Source of the DNA: Phoronis australis
Taxonomy: Eukaryota; Animalia; Phoronida
NCBI GenBank assembly: GCA_002633005.1
Contig: NMRA01000163.1
Span: 404,071 to 468,070 of the forward strand
Reading direction: 5' to 3'
DNA: 64,000 nt
Shown: one piece after another, positions 11,051 to 64,000 of the stretch
How positions within the stretch are numbered: the stretch's first letter is position 1
How the letters are laid out: every line of letters begins with the position of its first letter
Notes under the pieces: model-generated
The model's input: the letters and a program-made list of their open reading frames with translations, nothing else
Told to the model about the DNA's origin: nothing
Database searches by the model: none
Translations under genes and position numbers: made by a program

Positions 11051-13056
11051 TCATGCTATAAAATCTCATATCTATTCCTTGCTGGTGAAAAATTAGGAAT
11101 GTCGACTAGATAAACATCGTAAATTTCTGCCGGGACATGGACTTTATCAATATCGCCCTCGTTGTCTTGCGATATTCTTGAGGTTTCTATAAAGGCCGGG
11201 ACGCTCTCGTGGAACTGCACGTGTTTGTGCGAGATGTTAGTATATTCTTACATTGACGTTGTATTGTTTTAAAGGTAAGACTAAAGGAGGTATCCAAGCT
11301 ACAGCTCTCCTGTGAAAACAATTATGAATCATGACGTTCACAGGAATGCTTAAATCAATATCGCTCGCTATGCTTGGGTTTGTTTCTCGTGTTTCATTCC
11401 CGAATAATTTTATATCCAAATTGTCGAGTTTTTAAGTTTTATGTGCCATTTTCCCAACTATGATTCCAGAATAATTGACAACAAATCGTAAACTTCCTCT
11501 TATCTGAGTGCTACGCTTTTCATTGTCCATCTCCCTAGAGATTAATATTTTACGTTTGTTTATTTATTATTTTACAATTCTGTACCGTTATCTGTCATAA
11601 TAAGTGACCTTTATTTCGCCTTTGTACGGCGTCCTTTTTATCTCTGGAAACAGAACATGCTACACACCTACCATTTTCGGAACATACGTCGAACATAAAA
11701 AGATTTGTAATCCAAAACGTAAAATTGTGAGTGTTTGAAATATTTCGACAATATCGTACATCATGCAGGATCCCTGCCAAGCCAGAGTCACTATGCCAAA
11801 GAGCGGATTGCATCTGTGTGGGTACGCGCTTTGACTCGTTAAGTGAATTGCACTTCTCATGTGTTTCTAATGAGGTATTTTTAAATATTGCGGGCGCTTG
11901 TGCACATGCGACATGTATGAAAGGTGTCTCAAAATTTACACAAAATATTTTGAATTAAGAGTACCAGAAAAAAGGCTGCGTGAACCATATATGCGCCACT
12001 TTCAAATTCGCAATTTTAGGATTGACCAACCGCATTAAACTCTGACGCGTTTTCTTGAATCGTGGATGAACTTCTTGGTAACAGAAACATAATTTTGTCA
12101 TTGTAAGGGATATTCGACGAGAATAAAAAGGCTAATTCTGTTTCCGTTTTTGGCCTGAGTAAAGAGGATACAACTGATTGCAACTTTAACCCAGCAAAAA
12201 CTTTGTGTGTTTCAGGTGCATAAAACATATACTTGAATTGCAAGCAGGTGCAGCAGCATTTTATCTCAGTTTTGTGCATCAGCAAGGTGTTGACATTAGC
12301 GCTGTCCTACACAAGTCACGATTGCGTTTTGAGGTCAATTCGATCGAGCTTATTCTCTTAATTAACTAAAAGTGAACTGCGGCTTTTTTAATTTTGAAAT
12401 CTTTCAAACAAACTTTGGGATTATTGAATTGTGAAAACACCACTACGTCCGAAGAAATCATTTCTTGACACTCACATTTCGATACTCTTTTTATGAAAAT
12501 TTTGGGACCTCCACCCAGTGCATAGCAGATTCTCCATGGCAACTGAGGTATCAAGTCACTTTACACGTGCCATACACATGTCATAAAAAATCGTTTGTGT
12601 TGAAGTTTTCGGTTTTGTTCATTTTCTCACGTCACTTGTAAAACGTGTTTGTTTTCCTAAGATGTGTTGTCCAAACATTGCGTCGCCACTCACTTTGTGT
12701 CACGTTCCTACTTGTTTTCATAACGTACCACACAAAGTTTCCAAAGACACGAGCAAGCAATAGTCTATTTACTTTGTCGTCAACAGGTTGTTAGTCGTGC
12801 TTTAACACTGCAGACTGTGACGTCTTCATCTCAAACATTCCAGGTAGAAGTGATATAGAAATACCTTAACAGTATCACCGATGCCACAATCTGAGGAAGT
12901 ACATGTAGGCCTACTTGTGTTGTACGTGATCGTTCCACCCACAGCCACTCAAAGTTATATGTACACTTGACTGACTGGGAGATTACATGGCGGCACACAT
13001 GAAACTCAGGTATGTTGCATTATGTTTTTGTGCCAGTTTGCATACAGGGAAAATTA

Positions 13057-13192
13057 ATGGGCGGCGCAACACTGAAAAGAGTGGGAGCTATAGCCCCCAT
13101 TCCCTGTGGTGCACCGCCCATAGACCATGGGCGCCGGAGCACTGAAAAAAGTAGGGGGCTATGGCCCCCTAGCCCCCTATGGTGCGCCGCCC
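13057..13192. mobile_element. Short MITE (ATGGGCGGCGCA termini, dimeric); also at about 13933-14070 and 26612-26729
   Basis: Shared gggggctatagcccc / cactgaaaaaagt core and inverted termini. Confidence 0.7.
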
Positions 13193-13563
13193 GCGAAAAT
13201 GTCCGATAAACCTGAAATTATTCTTTATTTATAGTAGTACATGTAGGTAGAAATTCTTCTTCCTAGTAGTGATAGTTATGAAAAGGTAATAAAAACCGCG
13301 ACATATTGATTTATTTTGTATGATCGCATCCTTTAACGCCGGTAACGGCCTGAAGACATAAGCCATGGTACGAATGATGACGGTACCAGTCTCCTCATCA
13401 TGGTTGCTGACGTCGCCGTCATTGCCGTCATCCTCATCCCGCTAGTAGTAGCAGGAGATGGTGCCGCTGTACGGTTACAGTAAATTGCACTGAATATTTC
13501 TTTGATGACCGCTTGATTTGGCTTTATATGTAGTGCAAGTCACTCTTTTCAGACTGATCTGGA

Positions 13564-13883
13564 ATGGATTTGGTAGCGAACAGGACAGCGTCTGATCTAC
13601 GAAGTCGACGTAAAGATGTAGGCCTACCAGGCAAATTGAAGATTCAGTCTAATTCCAAAAAGAAAAGGGACACGAAACTTGCAAAAGGAGATAGCAAAAA
13701 GAAAAATAAATCAAAACATGAAAAGAATGAAAAAAGACAACCATCGCCTGAGCGCTGTGAAAGTACCCTGTCAGTATTATCTGGGCTGTCTACTTCTGAA
13801 AGTGGTTCCGAAACTGATTCCTTGACTTGGGAAGAGAAGCTAGCCAATAGGCGGAGGGATATCGAAAAAAATAAAGATGAGTA
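13564..13883 (+). other. Truncated second copy of the 5' half of the 229-aa ORF (likely the alternative haplotype)
   Basis: Near-identical to 14445-14770 and ends at the single N at 13884. Confidence 0.7.
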
Positions 13884-14444
13884 NAGGTATGTTGCATTAT
13901 GTTTTTGTGCCAGTTTGCATACAGTTAAAATTAATGGGCGGCGCAGCACTGAAAAGAGTGGGAGCTATAGCCCCCCATTCCCTGTGGTGCACCGCCCATA
14001 GATCATGGGCGCCGGAGCACTGAAAAAAGTAGAGGGCTATGGCCCTCTAGCCCCCTATGGTGCGCCGCCCGCGAAAATGTCCGATAAACCTGAAATTATT
14101 CTTTATTTATAGTAGTACATGTAGGTAGACATTCTTCTTCATAGTAGTGATAGTTATAAAACAAAAGGTAATAAAATCGCGACATATTGATTTATTTTGT
14201 ATGATAGCATCCTTTAACGCCGGTAACGGCCTGAAGACATAAGCCATGGTACGAATGATGACGGTACCAGTCTCCTCATCATGGTTGCTGACGTCGCCGT
14301 CATTGCCGTCATCCTCATCCCGCTAGTAGTAGCGGGAGATGGTGCCGCTGCACGGTTACAGTAACTTGCACTGAATATTTCTCTGATGACCGCTTGAATT
14401 GGCTTTATATGTAGTGCAAGTCATTCTTTTCAGACTGATCTGGA

Positions 14445-15134
14445 ATGGATTTGGTAGCGAACAGGACAGCGTCTGATCTACGAAGTCGACGTAAAGATGT
14501 AAGCCTACCAGGCAAATTGAAGATTCAGTCTAATTCCAAAAAGAAAAGGGACACAAAAGTTGCAAAAGGAGATAGCAAAAAGAATAATAAATCAAAACAT
14601 GAAAAGAATGAAAAAAGACAACCATCGCCTGAGCGCTGTGAAAGTACCCTGTCAGTGTTATCTGGGCTGTCTACATGTACTTCTGAAAGTGGTTCTGAAA
14701 CTGATTCCTTGACTTGGGAAGAGAAGCTAGCCAACAGGCGGAGGGATATCGAAAAAAATAAAGATGAGTATAACGAGTGGTTGGCGGGATTCCAGGCGCG
14801 ACGATATCACGCCCAGAAACGGGTGGAATCTTTACAAAGGCTGCGCGTGGTTCGCCTAGCCAAAACGGGAATAGTTCTGGACAGGTTGTTTACATTAAAC
14901 GAGAAATACTCAAAAGATGGAAGTGATTCAGAAGAGTTCAAGTACAGAGCACCCTTTCTTCCAAGTTTGCCTGCAGACTCTAACGCTCTAGTACTACAAT
15001 CCATTGCCGATGAAGTGAAGACTAAATTTAAAGATACAAAATCTGACAAACGCCCACTGAAAATGTCGAAGAATAAGAAGTCGCATTTGAATAAACACTA
15101 TCCTGTAAAACGGGATGTAACGGACTTGTCGTAA
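14445..15134 (+). CDS. Uncharacterised lysine-rich 229-aa protein (basic N-terminus, Ser/acidic patch, predicted helical segment)
   Basis: Longest clean ORF in the window; preceded by acceptor cttttcag (ends 14433) and an in-frame TGA; upstream donor ag|gtatgt implies a 5'UTR intron; a diverged partial paralogue lies downstream; no domain recognised. Confidence 0.65.
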   Translation: MDLVANRTASDLRSRRKDVSLPGKLKIQSNSKKKRDTKVAKGDSKKNNKSKHEKNEKRQPSPERCESTLSVLSGLSTCTSESGSETDSLTWEEKLANRRRDIEKNKDEYNEWLAGFQARRYHAQKRVESLQRLRVVRLAKTGIVLDRLFTLNEKYSKDGSDSEEFKYRAPFLPSLPADSNALVLQSIADEVKTKFKDTKSDKRPLKMSKNKKSHLNKHYPVKRDVTDLS

Positions 15135-16109
15135 GGATAAGTAAAACTGTTACGATTAAACACCTACATATGTATTTCTACCATGTACATGTACTGTAGT
15201 TTTCAGTGTTTTCTTTCCACAGAATCTTAACGTTTTTACTTGAAAGTTTCATTTTTGTTCTTATTTTCCTTAAAAATCACATTGCATTGCACACGTAAAA
15301 TACATTTCATTATTTTTTAAATGATGACCATTTACTTTATTTCTATAATACTTTGGTATTTTTAAAACAGAGATCTAGTAGCGCTAATCTACTCCGTAAA
15401 CATTTCAAGAATGGCTTGTGTCAAACACTTTACCACCAAAATAAACATGTTTAAGTTTATTGACAATTAACAGCCATCCGCATCAACTGAAGAATTATCG
15501 AAATGAGAGAAACCACGCAAATCGTGTAATTACATAATAATTCAGAGTTACTAATCAAAATTAGTTCTTTTTCTTGATTGCTAGTCTACAGTTTATATTT
15601 CTGCTAAAACGTATAATCTGCTTTTTTACATGATAGGTTATCTTGATTGACGTCTTAGGACTCCAACGTGTTGCAAAACTAAATATTCCGATGAGTTAGT
15701 GTACTCGATAGTTACTAGTTTACCATTTAAATTACAACACAGGGGCTATCGCTGAAGCAAACAAATCAACCAGCTTCAAACTAGTCGCTGGGATGTTTTC
15801 AAGTCCTTGCCCTTACATACATGTAGCATTCAATTTCAGCCAAATTCCTAATTTTGTGCAACTAGTTAAAAAATCACGTACTGGATTACGGTGACCTAGA
15901 ATATCTGACAAATGACTTTTGGTTCTGACAATATTCAATGTGCGTGCACAATTATATTTGTAGACAACAAACGACAAAAAGAGAAAAGTAAGCCGGTTTA
16001 AAGGTCTTGTCTCAAAACCTCATTTCTCAATTTTTGTTCTCAGTGACGCGTGTTGGTGAACTGAAAAATTAAAACTTACATGATCGTGATTGGCTATCGT
16101 TTGCAAGTT

Positions 16110-16331
16110 ATCTACACTGAACGAGAAATACACGAGCTCAATTAAAGAGTGCCGTTTCTTGCAAGGTTGCCGGCAGAATCTACTGACATTCATGTACTTG
16201 AATTTTTTGCCGATGGTGTGAAGACGAACTTTAAAAATTCAGATACAAAATCTGACAAACTTCAGCAGAAAATTTTCAAAATAAGGAGATGGAATAAAAA
16301 ATATACCATTTACACGCCAAGACCACAGTGA
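16110..16331 (+). pseudogene. Degenerate copy of the 3' end of the 229-aa ORF
   Basis: TLNEKY..PFLARLPAES..ADGVKTNFK..DTKSDK aligns to TLNEKY..PFLPSLPADS..ADEVKTKFKDTKSDK, with indels and no 5' part. Confidence 0.75.
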
Positions 16332-17140
16332 TATTACATTAACATTTAAAATATTGGCAACACTTTAAATGTTGATGTTAATATGGTCATGATCTTGTAG
16401 TGGAAACCTAGAATGTTTACCTTTTTTGTCATTCTATAGGTAGCGGCTGTTCAGTAAACATTTCATAACTGACGTTTATTAATCAGAAAGTAAAAGTTGA
16501 CGCCCGCAATTATCATCAACGTGTTTATTGACAACCAACAACAATTCATACCAACTAACAAAGTATTGATATAACAGAAAATAACATAAATTGAGGACTT
16601 GGAATGCAGGGTATCAATACAAAATTCGTTTTCGTTTACCGTTGTTAATCTTCTGTCTGTATTTCCGCTGAACGGACATTGCCAGGTGTTTTATATACTA
16701 ATAGGCTCATTACCTTGACGACTAAGGGTTGCAAAGTCTCTCATTTTTTATTTAAAAGACTACATACAATTTTATACTCAAACTTTTGTGCAAGGTAGAC
16801 AAACTGGCTCCATGTTCCTCGTTGATTGCACTCACAACAAACACGTGCTGAATAACAACGGTTTATATTTACTGACCAGTGACTTTTGCTTCTACGAGAA
16901 GCCAATGTGAGCGCACAAGATCGTTGATAACAAACGACAAATAATAAACGATATGAAATTTCAGGAAATAAGTCGGTTGAAAGGCCTCGTCTCAAATCAG
17001 GCAAAATGCTACACGCTTCTTTCTAATTAAGCTGTTTCACTTTTATGGTTGATGGTGATTTGAAGAATTAAATACATGTAAACATCTAGTTTTAGTGCAC
17101 GTGCGTTATCGTGACTTGCTGCCACTTAATTACCGTGACA

Positions 17141-17310
17141 GACCTACGTGCTCCTATTTAGACTTACGTGCTCCCATTTAGACCTACATGTATGTGCTCC
17201 TATTTAGACCTATGTGTTCCTATTTAGACATATGTGCTCCTATTTAGACCCATGCGTTCCTATTTAGACCAATGTGCTCCTATTTAGACCCATGCGTGCC
17301 TGTATCTGAA
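17141..17310. repeat. 20-bp minisatellite, about 8 copies (gacctatgtgctcctattta)
   Basis: Visible tandem units; one unit is 26 bp because of a CATGTA insertion. Confidence 0.9.
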
Positions 17311-18738
17311 CCTGGGGGCAATTGTAGCCCGCATAAAAATTTAGCCGAATACTCCTATGTTTACGAAACTTTTGAACCAAAATTAAGGTTGAGAAGTAAT
17401 CAAAAACCAAATGAGTGAACGATGGAGCTTCTGCTAAGCTAGACATTGACGCGATTTTAAGTAAGCGTTTAGGTGAGACTTAGGGGCATCACCTGTTCAA
17501 AAAACGCATACTTTTGAGAATGTTTGCACATAAAAATGTGCGAGCACCTGGTATGGAAGTAGGGAAAAGGTTGGCAAGATTACTCTTGCTATAGTATTGA
17601 GTGCACGAGACAATACCAGTGTGGTAACTGCCAACCTTCGTGAGGTCATTTACGCTTAATCAAAATACGTTTTTAGCATTTTAGTCGAAACATTTTCTGA
17701 AAGATTTGTCACGTGATTGAAATGAATTGACGTTGTCCAAATTAACTTGCATACGTGCCCCATACATGATGCATAGAAATGTTAACGAGGTAAAAACCAG
17801 ACTTCAATCACAAAAACAAACCTTTGTTTTAGATCACTTAATGTTATAAAATTGGTCGCAAGTTGTCCCTTAGTCAAACTTGAGGTGATTTTAGGACTTC
17901 GAAAGAACTGACACTACCGATTGCTTGAGACAGGCTTTAGAGGTGATCTTGACATGGTGTGTCAGCTGATGGTTCGAGCATGCAGGTCTCAAGGAATAAC
18001 CAACTGCCAGCTCTATCAAAGCCCAGAAATCACTCTCCTCTGGGTGAGGAATGTGTTACGACCAATTTTATAGCGGCAAGTGAATAAATTAAAAGTTCGC
18101 TTCATTGTTGGAAGGTTGCTTCAAGACAATAGCAATGGGCTTATAGGTTATACAATAGTAATTGAAAACAAAAGTGAAATACATGTAGGCCTACGTTATT
18201 GCAAGTGGTGCCCATCAGAGCTAACACCGGGAATATAATCTTTGGCAATAATTCTCTTTGACATCAAGTACATGCAAATGAACTATTTCCCCGTCCTCTG
18301 CGGAGCCCTAATGGACTAACTGAGGTTTCGATCCAATGGCCTTGCTATAAAAGGGCCACCGCAGACGAGTGGTCCACCACTCTGACTCAACTTCCCGAGG
18401 TCTGTTTCTTGAAAAGGCAGGAATTTGGTCTCAATTACGATTTCACTTCACAAGTGCTGAAGAAATGTTTAACGAAGCAATGATGAACGTACCGCATTCT
18501 AGAAATAATTTATAGAAAATTCCTCAGTAACTGGTAGTTACATGTACTTGTACGTGTAATCTAGCAGTATGCACATTTGCTCAAGTGAGATCTAATTCTT
18601 TTTCAGAAATACGTGTACGTGTGGTTGTGTGGAGCGTAAAACCGATTTTCTGACATATTCTTAGGTCAGTTTTCCCGAGACAGACCCCGATCTGATCAGC
18701 TCTCCGTGGCCGGGAGGGGTAGCTAAGACATTCATTTT

Positions 18739-62398
<43,660 letters not shown>

Positions 62399-64000
62399 CT
62401 TCAGACAGTCGATCTCGATTCATAAGCGCTTCTTTCTTCAATACAGTCTCAGTATTCGGAGGTATTAATCCGCCGCTAACGTTTACCGTTTACAACTACT
62501 AGGTTGCGTATTCAATTTTCGACGACGAGAGAATTCGAAGAAACGATGTAAACTTTAAGTACTTTTCGAAACGACTAGAGCGAATGCGTGGCTTCGGCAT
62601 TTTACGCGCACCCGCTCGCCGCCGCCTACAAGTACTCCGTGTGAAACGGCAAACCCTTTCACAAATTTCAAAACCACGACGACTAGACTGTGCAACTTCT
62701 TCAATTATTTTTTACTTTAAATTAGGCGAAATAACTATAAAAGTAACAATATATTGTTGTTTTTTCTAGTTTTTGAATCACGTGACCATACATTTAAAAA
62801 AAATAGCGAAAACGAACGGTACATTGATACACTACCATGACCCTCAAGGAAGGCTTTGAGGATCTCCAGCTTGTATTCAGATATACATATACATGTACTT
62901 TAAAGACAGCGTTGTAAGAAAAGATCAAGCTTATATGTGTTGTAACGTTTCCAAGTATTTTGCACCAAATTAAACGGCCTATTATCGCCTATACCAATAC
63001 AGGGACACACACTCGACAGCCGCCCGTAGGCCTATTGGAATCGCGCAGCTTCAAAAAGACATGAATGCAAAGTTCCTAACATTAAAGTTTTTGCATCAAG
63101 CAAATTACTCCTTATAATAAACATTGTGAAATTGCTGATAACAATTCAGACGAAGCGTTTTGTTTTTCCGGTTGTTCCGAAGGCCCCAGTCACACTCCTG
63201 TAGATTCCCATACGGGCCACTTATTAGAATATGTGCTAAATAATTGAATAAAAAATTCTAAAGGTAATGATTTTGATCAATTTTATATTAACTGATATGA
63301 AATGAAAAATTAGTGTGTTTCCTTGATTTTCCACGTATTTTGCACTAAATTAAATGGCCAGTCGTCGGCGATTCCAATACTGTGGAGACACGGTGAAAGC
63401 CAAATTCGCGGTAACGATGATGTCATAGACTTCGATTGGTGCGAGCGCCGTCTTAAGTTTTTTGTTTGGCGCTGAATGGGGTTCGTGATGGGGCTACTGT
63501 ATAGTCGAAAGCCTACTTAATTAACGACTGAGGTATGCTATGACACAGTATTTTGATGTTTTTCATCAATAAATGTATTTCAGATGTAAAAATAGTCATT
63601 TTGGCACCATACTTGGCCTTTAAGTAAGTTAAAATCTACAGTTTTTATATATTTGTCTAAATACGCAGACTGGTCAATAAGGCCTTACATAACGTCAAGG
63701 TTATATCATTGACTAAAGTACATGGTTCGCCAGCTCCCTATATTTTCAATGGGCGAAATCTGTGATCTTTCGTATAAGCCGTGACGTCATTATTCACTAG
63801 CGACACCAGGCAGATATAGCACGCAATACTTCGGCAACTTCGTCGTATGCTAATCATGGTCATTTTGTCGGGATTTGGATCGGCATTTTTGCCCAACTCA
63901 CATCCGTGTTTAATAAATTGAACGCTTTGTCAGAATAAATATGGATTAAGTAATTAGTAAGAATAGATGCAATTTAAGTTGCCCAAAATTTGTGCATATG

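Noticed and set aside
13564-14001. 145-aa ORF as a separate paralogous gene
   Set aside because: Reads through the single-N junction into intron and MITE sequence; probably an assembly chimera.
17141-17310. Regularly spaced repeats resembling a CRISPR array
   Set aside because: Contiguous 20-bp units without unique spacers, eukaryotic context, no cas genes: a minisatellite.

Overview
Intron-rich, AT-rich animal (probably marine invertebrate) genomic DNA from a draft assembly with N gaps. It holds three protein genes. (1) A plus-strand, multi-exon, stand-alone Schlafen/AlbA_2-domain gene (664-7737), with one exon apparently missing in a gap. (2) A lysine-rich orphan ORF of 229 aa (14445-15134). 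(3) A large minus-strand receptor guanylyl cyclase (natriuretic-peptide-receptor-like): 22 phase-compatible exons from about 62398 to 18739, about 1020 codons, with the signal-peptide exon not found. Introns and intergenic DNA contain non-autonomous DNA transposons (TTAA-flanked Kolobok-like elements, MITEs), tRNA-derived SINEs, Penelope GIY-YIG remnants, a LINE RT remnant and microsatellites. Two observations stand out. First, an extracellular-domain exon of the cyclase is tandemly triplicated (60531-60954) as an intact copy, a frame-restored variant and a frameshifted copy, each with both splice sites. Second, the palindrome TACATGTA is pervasive, and three pairwise comparisons show it as an exact +6 bp insertion at a TA, which matches the Tc1/mariner excision footprint; one of these lies in frame in a CDS. 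Two ~870-bp tandem duplications joined by a single N are probably assembly (haplotype) artefacts. All coordinates and counts were read by eye.
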